Shown here: piece by piece, positions 1-10,379 of the stretch | How the letters are laid out: each line of letters begins with the position of its first letter | Position numbering within the stretch: the first letter of the stretch is position 1 | DNA from: Kastovskya adunca ATA6-11-RM4 | GTDB lineage: Bacteria > Cyanobacteriota > Cyanobacteriia > Cyanobacteriales > Coleofasciculaceae | Length of the DNA: 32,000 bases | NCBI GenBank assembly: GCA_019359445.1 | Contig: JAHHHJ010000001.1 | Coordinates: 303,334 to 335,333, forward strand | Direction: 5' to 3' | Notes under the pieces: model-generated | The model's input: the letters and a program-made list of their open reading frames with translations, nothing else | Database searches by the model: none | Told to the model about the DNA's origin: nothing | Translations under genes and position numbers: made by a program

Positions 1-1087
1 CGTCGCCATCTTTGGCTTCTCCACCTGCAATTAAGATAGCGGGACTTGCAACCGCAGCCAGTCCAACTTGTGCGGCGTCGTAGTTGGTAGCTTTGCTGTC
101 GTTGATGAAGTCAATTCCCTGCCAAGTGATGATCTGTTCTAGGCGATGGGGAACGCCGGGAAAGTTGGCAATGGCTTGAGCGATCGCTTCTTTCTTAATT
201 CCCGCTAACCGCGCCGCCGCCACAGCCATGAGTAAGTTTTGTTGATTGTGCGTCCCCACCATGGGTAAAGAGGCTACCTCGACAATTGGCTCATCCTGAG
301 CAACAACCCAGCCATCTTCGATATAAAACCCCTTTTCTGGATCGCCGATCAGATGAGCTTTGCCTTTAACACTTGTCCAGTGAGCATTTTGCCACTGCTG
401 GAGTCCGATACTGTGCAAGTACGGATCGTCGCCGTTGATCACTTGCAACTGAGACTGACTCAGGAGTTTGGCTTTAATGTTGTAGTAGTTCTCTAAGGTT
501 TTGTGGCGGCTGAGGTGATCCGGGGTAAAGGTTGTCCATACCCCAATCCGTGGAGACAAAGAAGAGGACGATTCGCTTTGGTAGCTGCTAACCTCGGCAA
601 TTACCCAATCTAGGGAATCTGAAGTCTTCGCTGATGATAAGGCAAGTTCGCAGGCAGCATTGCCGATATTACCGCAGGCGGGGGCTTGGAACCCGGCACT
701 TTGGAAGATCGCGGCAACTAAGGCAGTCGTAGTGGTTTTGCCGTTGGTTCCGGTAATTGCCACCCACGGCAAAGATTGGAGATGTCGCCACGCCAGTTCC
801 ATCTCGCCAATTGTCTCAATGCCTTTTACTCTGGCTTCTACTAGTACCGGGATATCCCAAGGAACGCCGGGACTGGCGACAATCAGTTGGGGTAACTCAG
901 TGGCGTTGAGTTCTAGAGAATGCCCAATGTGAACCGTAATGCCTTCACCCTGAAGAGTCTGTTGTTGTTGTTGGAGGGTTGCAGAGGAGTTGCGATCGCT
1001 TACAATCACATCCCAACCCTCCTGTTTCAGCAAACGTGCCGCTGCATTGCCTGATTTTCCCAGTCCGATAACGTAAGCCTTCGGCAT
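1..1087 (-). CDS. murD: UDP-N-acetylmuramoylalanine--D-glutamate ligase MurD, N-terminal ~362 codons. The gene runs off the window start, so it is absent from the ORF track.
   Basis: Manual minus-strand translation from ATG (revcomp of cat at 1085-1087) gives [31 protein letters not shown]. Further on it reads [21 protein letters not shown] (Mur-ligase P-loop) and [15 protein letters not shown]. The frame stays open to position 2. Confidence 0.9.
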   Translation of the reverse strand, partial: MPKAYVIGLGKSGNAAARLLKQEGWDVIVSDRNSSATLQQQQQTLQGEGITVHIGHSLELNATELPQLIVASPGVPWDIPVLVEARVKGIETIGEMELAWRHLQSLPWVAITGTNGKTTTTALVAAIFQSAGFQAPACGNIGNAACELALSSAKTSDSLDWVIAEVSSYQSESSSSLSPRIGVWTTFTPDHLSRHKTLENYYNIKAKLLSQSQLQVINGDDPYLHSIGLQQWQNAHWTSVKGKAHLIGDPEKGFYIEDGWVVAQDEPIVEVASLPMVGTHNQQNLLMAVAAARLAGIKKEAIAQAIANFPGVPHRLEQIITWQGIDFINDSKATNYDAAQVGLAAVASPAILIAGGEAKDGD

Positions 1088-1161
1088 AAGTTGAATGGCA
1101 GAATTCCCTGAATAGAGCAAACCTCATCCTACCGCTGATATTGCTGAGGCTCAAGCCGATT

Positions 1162-1506
1162 TTAAGGTTGTGGATTAGTAGCTGTGGTGTTTGGTGTAGC
1201 CGTCGTATTCGCCGCCGCACAGTTAAACGTTTCCACAGGGACTTTTGAGCGCGATTGTACTAAAGCTTGTAGTCGTCCTCGATACAAGAGCAATTGGGAA
1301 GAATATTGTGGTGCTGCTACCCGCCGCATCTGATCGACCACTTGGATAGCTCGACCCCAGTTTTGGCTGCACAATGATTGCTGAAGCTGGGCATTGAGAT
1401 CGGGTCTAGCTGGAGCAGGAGCTGGCGTTTGCGATAAGCCGGGGCGAGCTACTGCCAGTTGAATTACGCCGAGCAATACTGCGGTGGTTAAGGTTTTTAG
1501 CTTCAT
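1162..1506 (-). CDS. Hypothetical secreted protein (114 aa)
   Basis: N-terminal signal-peptide-like MKLKTLTTAVLLGVIQLAVARPG, a Pro/Ala-rich linker, two Cys and a Thr/Asn-rich tail. No recognisable domain. Confidence 0.55.
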   Translation of the reverse strand: MKLKTLTTAVLLGVIQLAVARPGLSQTPAPAPARPDLNAQLQQSLCSQNWGRAIQVVDQMRRVAAPQYSSQLLLYRGRLQALVQSRSKVPVETFNCAAANTTATPNTTATNPQP

Positions 1507-1693
1507 CGTCTTCGCTTTCCCTGTTAACGTTAGTGTTTCTTTAAAGATTCCCTTTTAGGGGATAGGAAACGACAACTATTGTGTAAATTTTTACTACCAA
1601 GGGCTAGCGCAACACTAGTATTTGTGTTTTTTTTGCCAAGGGTAAACCCTAACAATCGGTAAGGACGAACAGCGATCGCCCCTACCTGGGTGG

Positions 1694-3838
1694 CTAACTC
1701 TTGACGATCGCCCCAAAATCTGCCAGTACTCGCGCATGATTTCGCAGTAAACTGAGCAAATTTAAGCGATTTTGCCGAATTTCTAGGTCGGCGTCCATCA
1801 CTAAAACGCTTTCTTCTCCATCAAAGAAGCTGCTGACGGTGGGGGCAATCTTTGCTAAGGCATCAACTAGTTGCTGGTAGTTGCGCTGTTCCTGGGCGGC
1901 TTGGGTTTGGGGGACTAACTCTACCAGGGCATTGTAGAAGGCTTGTTCTGAGGATTTCTGGAAGAGGTTAGGACGTACAACGGTGCTAGGGTCTAGTTTT
2001 TGCTGCTCTAAATCGCCTTGAGCCGCCAGACGAGTAGAACGGTTGACGGTTTCGTAGATGGCATCTAGCTGCCCATTGTTGCGGATTTCTTGGAGGAATA
2101 AGGCGCGATCGCGTAAATCCAACAAATCCTGTAACGCCCGTTCGGCATACTCCGGATCGTTTTCTCCCAAAACCGCATTTACCAAGTCGTAGTCAATACC
2201 TCGTTCTTCTTGCAGCAAGGTGCGGAAGCGTTGGAGGAAGAAATCTTGTAGTGACTCAACCGGAGAAGTTTTAGCGGGATGAGCGCCGACAAAATCAGTG
2301 GCGATCGCCTCAATTAATTCCTGTAGATTAATCGATAAATCAGCATCCCAGCTAATACTAACAACCGCATTTGCCGCCCGCCGTAAGGCAAAGGGGTCAG
2401 AGGAACCCGTCGGAATCATCCCTAAACCGAAGATACTCACCAACGTATCCAAACGGTCAGCCAAGCCTACCACTTGTCCGGGAAGCGTTTGCGGCAAAAC
2501 ATCATTCGCGCCTCTGGGCAAGTAATGCTCAAAAATTGCCGTGGCTACGGCTGCCGTTTCCCCACTCTTGGCGGCATACTTTTGCCCCATCACTCCCTGC
2601 AACTCTGGGAACTCATAGACCATCTGCGTAACTAAGTCTGCTTTACACAGCAAAGCCGCCCGTTGAATATCAGTCTGTTCTTGCTGGCTGGGTTGCAACT
2701 GGGCGGTAATTTGCCCCGCTATCTTCTCAATGCGCCTCACCTTATCGCGCACTGAACCCAAATCCTCCTGAAAGGTGACTTTCTCCAGTTGGGGTAAGTA
2801 GCTTTCTAAAGGCTGGGATAAATCCGCTTTGTAGAAAAACTGTCCATCGGCTAATCGGGCGCGGATGACTCGCTCATTTCCTGCCGCAATCACATCAGAT
2901 TTTGCCGGATCGCCATTGGAAATCGTGATGAAGTAGGGATTCAGTTCTTGAGCCGTGGTATCTGTGAAAACAGGGAAATACCGCTGGTGAGTCACCATGA
3001 CCGTTGTACTGACTTCCGGGGGTAAATCGAGGAATTCTGGCTCAAACTTCCCAACAACAGCAGTTGGCCATTCTACCAAATCTGTAACTTCTGCTAGCAA
3101 ATCTGGGTACATGGGGACATAACCCCCCAGGGTTTGAGCCGCCGCCTCAACTTGCTGCTGAATCTTGCTTTGACGTTCCTGGGGGTCTACCTGAATAAAA
3201 GCATTGTGGAGAGATTCCACATAATCAGTCGCTTGGGAAAGCTCGACAGGATCTGGGTGTAAAACCCGGTGTCCTGCGGAGAGGCGATCGCTCTTCACCG
3301 TTTCTGAACCACTCACCAGTTCCAACGGCAATACTTGGTCATCCAACAACGCCACCAGCCAGCGAATCGGTCGGGAAAACCGCACATCTCCATCTCCCCA
3401 AGACATAAACCGCTTACCTTCCAAACTGAAAATCCACTGCGGGATGAGTTCTGTTAAAATCTCCGTCGCTGGGCGTCCAGCCGTTTTTTTGAGGACAAAA
3501 ACAAACTCGCCTTTCTCCGTCTGGCGCACTTCCAAGTCTTCAATTTCCACCTCTTGCTTGCGGGCAAAACCAACAGCCGCTTTAGTGGGTTTGCCATCCT
3601 TAAAGGCAGCAGCAGCAGGCGGCCCTTTGATTTCTTCTTCCCGGTCAGGTTGTTGGGCAGGTAGCCCTTTAAGGAGTACAGCGAGGCGTCGGGGCGTACC
3701 GTAAACCTCAATGGCTGCACCCGTTAAAAATTGCTCATCCAGGGTTTTGGGAATACGCGATCGCCACTGCGCGATCGCACCACTAACAAAGCTTGCAGGT
3801 AATTCTTCTGTACCGACTTCTAATAAAAAATTAGGCAT
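1694..3838 (-). CDS. glyS: Glycine--tRNA ligase beta subunit
   Basis: 714 aa. The N-terminus [18 protein letters not shown] is the typical GlyS start, and the length and overall pattern fit the tetrameric-type GlyRS beta chain. Confidence 0.93.
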   Translation of the reverse strand: MPNFLLEVGTEELPASFVSGAIAQWRSRIPKTLDEQFLTGAAIEVYGTPRRLAVLLKGLPAQQPDREEEIKGPPAAAAFKDGKPTKAAVGFARKQEVEIEDLEVRQTEKGEFVFVLKKTAGRPATEILTELIPQWIFSLEGKRFMSWGDGDVRFSRPIRWLVALLDDQVLPLELVSGSETVKSDRLSAGHRVLHPDPVELSQATDYVESLHNAFIQVDPQERQSKIQQQVEAAAQTLGGYVPMYPDLLAEVTDLVEWPTAVVGKFEPEFLDLPPEVSTTVMVTHQRYFPVFTDTTAQELNPYFITISNGDPAKSDVIAAGNERVIRARLADGQFFYKADLSQPLESYLPQLEKVTFQEDLGSVRDKVRRIEKIAGQITAQLQPSQQEQTDIQRAALLCKADLVTQMVYEFPELQGVMGQKYAAKSGETAAVATAIFEHYLPRGANDVLPQTLPGQVVGLADRLDTLVSIFGLGMIPTGSSDPFALRRAANAVVSISWDADLSINLQELIEAIATDFVGAHPAKTSPVESLQDFFLQRFRTLLQEERGIDYDLVNAVLGENDPEYAERALQDLLDLRDRALFLQEIRNNGQLDAIYETVNRSTRLAAQGDLEQQKLDPSTVVRPNLFQKSSEQAFYNALVELVPQTQAAQEQRNYQQLVDALAKIAPTVSSFFDGEESVLVMDADLEIRQNRLNLLSLLRNHARVLADFGAIVKS

Positions 3839-3989
3839 AACCTACCGATGAGAGGCTGGATGAACTACTAATTTCAACAGTTTACCTTGCTGTTCCGCTC
3901 GCCTTTCTCAACTGTTGACCATAGGTAGATGAGCCTCCCATAGACTTGGAGCGATGCTGAAAGCAATAAGCACTGGGAGAAGTTGATTA

Positions 3990-4202
3990 ATGACAAACAA
4001 AACACCTCGACCTGAAGAGCAAGAAGCCGCCGATGTTGCAGCTAACGATCCGACGTTGAACAAAGGAGCCGTTGATGAAGTTGTCGAAGACTACGAAGAA
4101 GCTGACAACGCTGGCAAAATAGACCCCACCACTGAAAAGGAGATGGGTAAGGTAGAGCGGGCAACTGAAGATATAACGATGGGAATAGAAGACGCTTCTT
4201 AG
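3990..4202 (+). CDS. Small acidic hypothetical protein (70 aa)
   Basis: ATG preceded by GGGAGAAG. The protein is highly acidic and low in complexity, with no recognisable domain. Confidence 0.35.
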   Translation: MTNKTPRPEEQEAADVAANDPTLNKGAVDEVVEDYEEADNAGKIDPTTEKEMGKVERATEDITMGIEDAS

Positions 4203-4268
4203 CTGCTTGCTTGAGGTTTGGGAACAACAGATAAAAGCTAGAGTTTTCCGTCGACGCTAATCAAAAAA

Positions 4269-4290
4269 GGGAAGGTTGCAACACCTTCCC
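4269..4290 (-). terminator. Hairpin with an intrinsic-terminator layout on the minus strand
   Basis: GGGAAGGT (4269-4276) pairs with ACCTTCCC (4283-4290) around a 6-nt loop. AAAAAA at 4263-4268 becomes a U-tract only when read on the minus strand. Confidence 0.35.
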
Positions 4291-4301
4291 CACCACTGAC
4301 A

Positions 4302-4321
4302 AGCTTATTGATCAATAAGCT
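4302..4321. repeat. Perfect 20-bp palindrome AGCTTATTGATCAATAAGCT
   Basis: Read directly. The revcomp of 4302-4311 equals 4312-4321, and the centre is GATC. It lies about 370 bp upstream of the lipoxygenase start. Confidence 0.9.
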
Positions 4322-4691
4322 GTTAGGCATTTTGATGGTTCCACCGTAATTTTGATCAGTATGTCGTTGCAGTACCCAGGCGGGTAATTAGCGGCTACGC
4401 ATTTATAGCAACTTTTCAATTAATCAATAGACCACGCGACCTCTCTTGTTGTAGGAGAGGCTTTAATTTTCTCCCCTTCCCTACAAAGAGGATGGGGGTT
4501 AGGTTCTCCTATTTGTAATCTAACCCTCTAAAAATTGTTGCTCCTTGTCATTCTTCAGGATGCAAATTTTAAGAATTAAGTAGTTTTACGGATTGAAGAA
4601 AGATCGAATTGAAGCAAATAAAACGAAGGCTTTTTTTGGGCAACATCGCTTCATCCTTCCGTCAATCCTTAATCTTAATTCAGGCTAGATT

Positions 4692-6641
4692 ATGGTTTCC
4701 TCTCCTTCTTCCACCCAACAGCAAGGTCACTATCGCTATAACCCCGTAGGTATCCCCAACGGTGGCCCGGCACGGATTTTTCCCTATGTCGGAGAAGATG
4801 GAATCTTGCGTTATGTCGCCAGCGAATTTCGACGCAATCTTGTTAAACAAGGTCAGCTTTCAGAACCGTGGACGCTGCTGCTAGAGCAGGTTGATTCCAC
4901 CCTCCTCTTTTTAGATGAGGCGTGGGTACAAATTGGGACAAAACTCGCAGATTGGAACATCTTTCAATCGGGGTTACTAAACTTTAATTTGCCTCCGGAC
5001 GAGCAATTTAGTAGCGACTATATGCAACACCGCAAGGCAATGGTCGATGTGTTGTTGGCAGCGAGAAAAGCAGCTCAATCGGAGAAAGATTCCTCAGCTA
5101 ATTCAGTAGAACTGAGTCGGCGTCAACGACAGCGGTTTTATGAGGCGATTGAGAAACAGCAGCGTCAGCGTCCGCAAGTTAGCCTGATCCATGAAAAGGA
5201 AGGGGGCTTAAGCGATCGCGAATTTGCTCGCCAACGCCTTGCAGGATCAAATCCGATGATTCTGCGCCGGGTACAGGAACCAGAACGCACCCTACTCCAG
5301 GATTGGGAAGCACCACAGCGCTATACCCTAGCAAATGGTGAAACGGTGGATCTGCAAGGGTTGGCTACCCAGAATCGGCTGTTTATCGCCGATTATCCCC
5401 TACTAAAAAATCTCACGACGGCTAACTTACAACCAGGGCGTTATGTCGGTAGCCCGAAAGCTCTGTTTTACCGCTCCCAGCAGGGGCTAGAGCCGCTGTT
5501 GATTCAGTTGGAAGCCGGGGGCAAAATTTTTACGCCGACAAGGGATGCAGATGAGTGGATGCGAGCCAAGCTGTATGTTCAGGTTGCCGATGCGACTCAC
5601 CACGAGCTGATCGATCACCTCTGCCATACCCACTTTGCCATGGAAGTTTTTGCGATCGCGACTCCCCGCCAACTTCCCGCTACTCATCCGGTTTATCAGC
5701 TCTTAGCGCCTCACTTCCGCTTTCTCTTAGCCATTAATATGCGGGGTAACACGGTTTTGTTGGGAGAAGGTAGCGCCACCGCTCGGCTTTTGGCTCCCAC
5801 GTCAGCCACCTCTCTAGATTTAATCAACCAAGGATATCGCCAACGCTCCTTTGAAGACTATTCCCTACCCAAAGACATCAAACGGCGGGGACTCAGCCAG
5901 GAATTTTTACCAGAATTTCCCTACCGGGATGATGCCACACTCCTATGGGAAGCGATCGCCCGTTATGTAAGCGCTTATCTGACTCGTTACTATCGGGACG
6001 ATCAAGCCGTGCAGCAAGACCCTTACCTGCAAGCTTGGGCAGCGGAATTAGGCGCACCTTTGGATTCTCGCTCCCCAGCAGAATTTCCCCAGGCACCTGC
6101 TTGGCTACCTAGGGAACTCACCGCACCAGCCGGACTGAAAATTGACTCCCTACCTCACCATCCCCGCGTTCCTGACTTTCCGCCTTCTGAGATGAAAAGT
6201 CAGCAACTGGGCGAACTAACGACGCTGCAACAGTTAATCGACATTGCCACGCAGATTATCTTCACCTGCGGCCCTCAGCACGCAGCGGTGAACTTCAGTC
6301 AATTTGACTACCTCGGTCATGTACCCAACAATCCTCTGGCTGCCTATGCTAAACCCAATGATGCTAGCTCCCTAGAGCAAATTCTGCCTCCCCTAGAGCA
6401 GGATTTAGGGCAGATGGAGTTGACTTTTGCGTTATCAGGCGTCAATTGGGGACAACTCGGTAGTTCGGATTTAATTCAGTTTGCCGATCCTGGCGATCGC
6501 AAAATTTTAAAACAGTTCCAGACCGAGTTACAAAGCATTGAAGGCACTATCAAAAGCCGCAACCAGCAACGCCTCGCTAAATCGGGTGTGGCGTATCCCT
6601 ACCTACTACCCTCCCAGATTCCGAACAGTATCAATATTTAA
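4692..6641 (+). CDS. Lipoxygenase (short bacterial type, 649 aa)
   Basis: RLAGSNP motif. The iron-ligand helix reads THHELIDHLCHTHFAMEVFAIAT. The second ligand region reads GPQHAAVNFSQFDY. The C-terminus ends IPNSINI, and the terminal Ile carboxylate is the fifth iron ligand in lipoxygenases. Confidence 0.9.
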   Translation: MVSSPSSTQQQGHYRYNPVGIPNGGPARIFPYVGEDGILRYVASEFRRNLVKQGQLSEPWTLLLEQVDSTLLFLDEAWVQIGTKLADWNIFQSGLLNFNLPPDEQFSSDYMQHRKAMVDVLLAARKAAQSEKDSSANSVELSRRQRQRFYEAIEKQQRQRPQVSLIHEKEGGLSDREFARQRLAGSNPMILRRVQEPERTLLQDWEAPQRYTLANGETVDLQGLATQNRLFIADYPLLKNLTTANLQPGRYVGSPKALFYRSQQGLEPLLIQLEAGGKIFTPTRDADEWMRAKLYVQVADATHHELIDHLCHTHFAMEVFAIATPRQLPATHPVYQLLAPHFRFLLAINMRGNTVLLGEGSATARLLAPTSATSLDLINQGYRQRSFEDYSLPKDIKRRGLSQEFLPEFPYRDDATLLWEAIARYVSAYLTRYYRDDQAVQQDPYLQAWAAELGAPLDSRSPAEFPQAPAWLPRELTAPAGLKIDSLPHHPRVPDFPPSEMKSQQLGELTTLQQLIDIATQIIFTCGPQHAAVNFSQFDYLGHVPNNPLAAYAKPNDASSLEQILPPLEQDLGQMELTFALSGVNWGQLGSSDLIQFADPGDRKILKQFQTELQSIEGTIKSRNQQRLAKSGVAYPYLLPSQIPNSINI

Positions 6642-6837
6642 GCTAAAAAAAGGAGCAATGGAGGAACTGGATCGCGCATCCCTCTTAAAGGGGGGACTGC
6701 TCACTGCTGTGGCAACTTCTACCTATTGGCTAGTACGTTTGGGCAATACTTTCAATAAAGTAAAATATCCCTTCGTACTCCGTTGCAGACAGGATTGTTA
6801 GAAGGGAGAATTCTAGTTGTAAAGCCCCTTTGAAGGA

Positions 6838-8658
6838 ATGTATCCGTTCTTTTCTTGCTCAGTTCATTTCCTCAAACAAAGGCTCAGTTCGGTGTGGAAT
6901 GTTCTAGCCACCTCATTTAACCCCATTATCCCTCGCTACATCCTGACAATGACGCCAGAGTCGTCTGTTGCCGAGGCGATCGCGTTTGTTGCTCAATCAC
7001 AGCCGGATTTCGTCAATGGGAAAACCAATTTAGCACCGTTGGATCAGCTTGAGAGCCAACAGCCTACTAACTTGCTGAAATTGCCGATGAACCTTAAACA
7101 GGAGTCAGTAGAACTGAATGAGGTTTCCCCAACGTCCTTATCGATGCAAGTAGACTGGGAAGGAAGACTGGTTGAGGGTGGAAGAATGCCAGGTATTCCT
7201 CAACATCAATCAATGCCAGAAGAATTGCTCCAGGAAGAACCGTTTTACCGCTCGATTGTTGAGCTGCAAACGGAACTGATTTGCCGCTTTTTGCCGAATG
7301 GGACGCTAACGTTTGTCAATGAAGCGTACTGTCGTTATGTCGGATTACCTGATAAGGAACTGCTCGGTCGCAATTTTTTCCAGCTTGTTTCTCAGCAGGA
7401 AAATATCAAAAAGCCGCGCTCGGTTTTTAGTCTAGAAAGAGCAGTGGCAACGGTTGAATACTGTGTCGAAACCCCGGAGGGAAATAGTCGTTGGCAGCAG
7501 TGGACTCATCGCGCCATTTTAAATAAACAGGGCAAACTGATGGGATTTCAGGCAGTAGGGCGAGACATCACCCAGAGCAAACGCATTGAGCAGGAATTGC
7601 GCCATCAAGCCAATCGGGAGCGGCTCTTAGCAGGTATCACCCAACGCATTTACCAGTTGTTGAACTTGGATGAAATTCTAAATACGGCGGTAGCAGAGGT
7701 ACGCCGCTTTTTAGAAGTGGAACGAGTGGCAATCTATCGAATCCAGTTCGCTCAAGATGCCCGGTTTGTGGTGGAGTCTCTTGCGCCGGGATGCAGCCCG
7801 GTTGTTGGTACTCCCCTACGAGACGCGTGTTTTGAGTCCACTTATATCTCTAAGTATCAGCGTGGGTATGTCTCAGCAGTTGATGACATCTATCAAGCGG
7901 GTTTGAGTCCCTGTTATCTACAGCTTTTAGAGCAGATTCAGGTTCGTGCGGTGCTGTTGGTGCCAATCGTCTACAAGAGCGATCTTTGGGGTTTGCTGTG
8001 TGTCCATCAATGCTCTGAAACTCGCCATTGGGAGACATTGGAGATCGGGTTGTTGCAACAGCTTTCCACCCAATTGGCGATCGCTATTCAGCAAGCCGAA
8101 CTCTTTCAACAATTAGAAGTAGCAAATCAGGAGTTGCATCGGCTGGCGTCCCTCGATGGCTTAACGCAAGTTGCCAATCGGCGACATTTTGATGCGTTTC
8201 TAGAACGGGAATGGCGGCGTCTTATCCGCGAACAAAAACCGCTTTCGCTGATTTTATGCGATGTCGATTTTTTCAAAAATTATAACGATACCTACGGACA
8301 TCAAGCTGGCGATCGCTGTTTGCAGGAAGTCGCAAAAGCCTTAGTGCAAGCCTCTCGACGTCCGGCGGATCTCGTTGCTCGTTATGGAGGCGAGGAATTT
8401 GCGGTAGTTTTACCCAATACTGAAGCTGAGGGGGCTTTGCACGTCGCTGAGTCGATGCGGCTGTTAGTAAAAGGCTTAATGATTGACCATAGCCAATCCT
8501 CTGTGAGTCAGTATGTCACCATCAGTTTAGGCGTTGTCAGCATCATCCCCACCCTGGAGACTTCTCCCTCTAAGCTAATCGCCGCCACCGACATCGCCCT
8601 CTACAAAGCCAAAAACCAAGGACGCGATCGCACAGCTTTAGGATTTCTTAGGGATTGA
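6838..8658 (+). CDS. PAS-GAF-GGDEF diguanylate cyclase. The start is uncertain; an alternative ATG lies at 6949.
   Basis: PAS-like region (FYRSIVELQTELICRFLPNGTLTFVNEAYCRYVG). GAF-like region (ILNTAVAEVRRFLEVERVAIYR ... LWGLLCVHQC). GGDEF domain with an intact RYGGEEFAVVL and an RPAD I-site 5 residues upstream. Confidence 0.9.
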   Translation: MYPFFSCSVHFLKQRLSSVWNVLATSFNPIIPRYILTMTPESSVAEAIAFVAQSQPDFVNGKTNLAPLDQLESQQPTNLLKLPMNLKQESVELNEVSPTSLSMQVDWEGRLVEGGRMPGIPQHQSMPEELLQEEPFYRSIVELQTELICRFLPNGTLTFVNEAYCRYVGLPDKELLGRNFFQLVSQQENIKKPRSVFSLERAVATVEYCVETPEGNSRWQQWTHRAILNKQGKLMGFQAVGRDITQSKRIEQELRHQANRERLLAGITQRIYQLLNLDEILNTAVAEVRRFLEVERVAIYRIQFAQDARFVVESLAPGCSPVVGTPLRDACFESTYISKYQRGYVSAVDDIYQAGLSPCYLQLLEQIQVRAVLLVPIVYKSDLWGLLCVHQCSETRHWETLEIGLLQQLSTQLAIAIQQAELFQQLEVANQELHRLASLDGLTQVANRRHFDAFLEREWRRLIREQKPLSLILCDVDFFKNYNDTYGHQAGDRCLQEVAKALVQASRRPADLVARYGGEEFAVVLPNTEAEGALHVAESMRLLVKGLMIDHSQSSVSQYVTISLGVVSIIPTLETSPSKLIAATDIALYKAKNQGRDRTALGFLRD

Positions 8659-8746
8659 TAGCCGCCAGATCAATAGGCGATCGCTTAAGATTTTGCATAA
8701 CGTCCTAGTCGTCAGAGAGATATAAGATCAAGCGCTGCTGACAAAG

Positions 8747-8809
8747 ATGAAACAAGATCTCAATCCTAGACAATGGGCTGCTTTTACCCTCATCGGTAAA
8801 GCTGAATAA
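8747..8809 (+). pseudogene. 20-codon relic resembling the C-terminal tail of CHAT-domain proteins
   Basis: ATG..TAA encodes MKQDLNPRQWAAFTLIGKAE. The xPxxWAAFxLIG ending is the characteristic tail of CHAT-domain proteins, and there is no upstream coding body. Confidence 0.3.
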
Positions 8810-8843
8810 GTTTTTGCATACATTGCAGGAGCAATAATTCCTT

Positions 8844-10337
8844 ATGCTTGCAGAAAAACAGGTATTACGCGATCGCTACCGTATTCAACGCCAGTTAGGA
8901 CAAAATGCGGGACGGCGTACCCTACTCGCTCTAGACTTACATACTCAAAAACTCGTTGTTCTCAAGATTCTCAGTTTTAATAGTGGCTTCCGTTGGGAGG
9001 ATTTGAAACTGTTTGAACGAGAAGCAGAAACTCTCAAATCCCTATCCCATCCAGCAATTCCCCGTTATCTCGATTTCTTTGAATTAGATTTGCCTGCTCA
9101 GCGGGGATTTGTCCTCGTGCAAACTTACATTGATGCCATATCGTTGCAGGAATGGATTAAGCGGGGGCGAACATTGAGCGGGGATGAAGTCAAACACATC
9201 GCTAAAGCCTTACTGAATGTGTTGAGCTACTTGCACAACCGCAACCCGGCTGTAATTCATCGCGATATTAAGCCCAGCAATATTTTATTAAAAGGCGATC
9301 GCTCTGCCCATAAAGTTGGAAAGCTGTACCTAATTGACTTTGGTTCTGTGCAAACGGCTGTCCGAGAAATCGGCACGATGACGACTGTCGGCACCTATGG
9401 TTATATGCCACCCGAACAATTCAGCGGACGTGCCTTCCCCGCTTCCGATCTCTATAGTTTAGGAGCAACATTAATCTACTTGGTGACAGGGACGCATCCG
9501 GCTGATTTGTTACAAGAAGATTTGCAGCTTCAGTTTGAACCTGTGACAAATCTAGCTCCAAGCTTTGTGCAATGGCTCAAGCAAATGACGCATCCCAACC
9601 GCAAGCAGCGATTTAGTTCTGCTCAAGTTGCTCTCGCTACGTTGGAGCAGCCTGTTCTGCAAAACCAACTCCTGGAGTCATCGACAAAAACCGCTCCTCT
9701 AACTTTGCAGCAGCCGGATCACAGCAAAGTTTCTCTGTACAAAAATGCAGAAATTCTAGAGATATCCATACCTCCACTAGATGATAGTGAACTATCAGGT
9801 TATGCTGGTGAACTATTAGTTGATTTCGCTTCATATTGTCTTTTCTATATCGGTACCTGCTATGTGATTTACCAGATATTTTTTGGCTTTTTGCCTAGTA
9901 CTAACTGGTTTAGAATCTTAATATACTTGTTGTTTTTGTTGGGCGGAGCTTACGGGGTATGGAAATGGTTTTTCATGTTGAATGCAGACACGTGCATCCG
10001 TATCGATCGCAAGTGGATGAATGTAACTAAAACAGCGTTTGGAATACAGCGACGGTTTTTTCGGGCAAGTCGCAATAGCCTCTGTAAATTGACCTACGTT
10101 AAGCGTCTCTATCGTCCAGATGGTGAAGCGGGCATCACAGAGGTACCACCAGAGTTAAATATTTGGGCGCAACAGCGTGACCGTGTCACAGGTAACAACA
10201 TCATCAGCTATCGCATCGGGCAATCGTTGGTTCCAGGTCGCGAAAAGCAATTTTACGGCTATCTCACAACGGGAGAACTAGAGTGGTTAGCGCAAGAATT
10301 AAGTAACTGGTTAGGGATACCGATCGCCAAAGAATAG
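8844..10337 (+). CDS. Hanks-type Ser/Thr protein kinase with a C-terminal membrane-anchored domain
   Basis: VVLKIL (subdomain II Lys), HRDIKPSNILL (catalytic loop), DFG, and GTYGYMPPE (APE-like). Two hydrophobic helices follow (CLFYIGTCYVIYQIFFGFL and ILIYLLFLLGGAYGVWKWFFML). Confidence 0.9.
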   Translation: MLAEKQVLRDRYRIQRQLGQNAGRRTLLALDLHTQKLVVLKILSFNSGFRWEDLKLFEREAETLKSLSHPAIPRYLDFFELDLPAQRGFVLVQTYIDAISLQEWIKRGRTLSGDEVKHIAKALLNVLSYLHNRNPAVIHRDIKPSNILLKGDRSAHKVGKLYLIDFGSVQTAVREIGTMTTVGTYGYMPPEQFSGRAFPASDLYSLGATLIYLVTGTHPADLLQEDLQLQFEPVTNLAPSFVQWLKQMTHPNRKQRFSSAQVALATLEQPVLQNQLLESSTKTAPLTLQQPDHSKVSLYKNAEILEISIPPLDDSELSGYAGELLVDFASYCLFYIGTCYVIYQIFFGFLPSTNWFRILIYLLFLLGGAYGVWKWFFMLNADTCIRIDRKWMNVTKTAFGIQRRFFRASRNSLCKLTYVKRLYRPDGEAGITEVPPELNIWAQQRDRVTGNNIISYRIGQSLVPGREKQFYGYLTTGELEWLAQELSNWLGIPIAKE

Positions 10338-10379
10338 TCAGATCATTGCTATTTTTAAGACAGCTAGATCAATCATCCT

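Noticed and set aside
660-1220. ORFs 660..932(+) and 945..1220(-)
   Set aside because: The first is antisense to the murD frame, which carries the Mur-ligase P-loop. The second is out of frame across the murD start and the intergenic region, and has no motif.
2298-3720. ORFs 2298..2525(+), 2371..2631(+), 3444..3704(+) and 3454..3720(-) inside glyS
   Set aside because: They lie antisense to, or in an alternate frame of, a 714-aa ORF with unambiguous GlyS identity. They have Arg/Ser/Pro-rich shadow composition and no motifs.
6538-6801. 87-aa ORF overlapping the lipoxygenase 3' end, including an internal ATG at 6659 preceded by AAGGAG
   Set aside because: The upstream half is out of frame within the lipoxygenase gene. 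The 47-codon remainder has an SD placed only 2 nt from the ATG and no recognisable features. It is kept only as a remote possibility.
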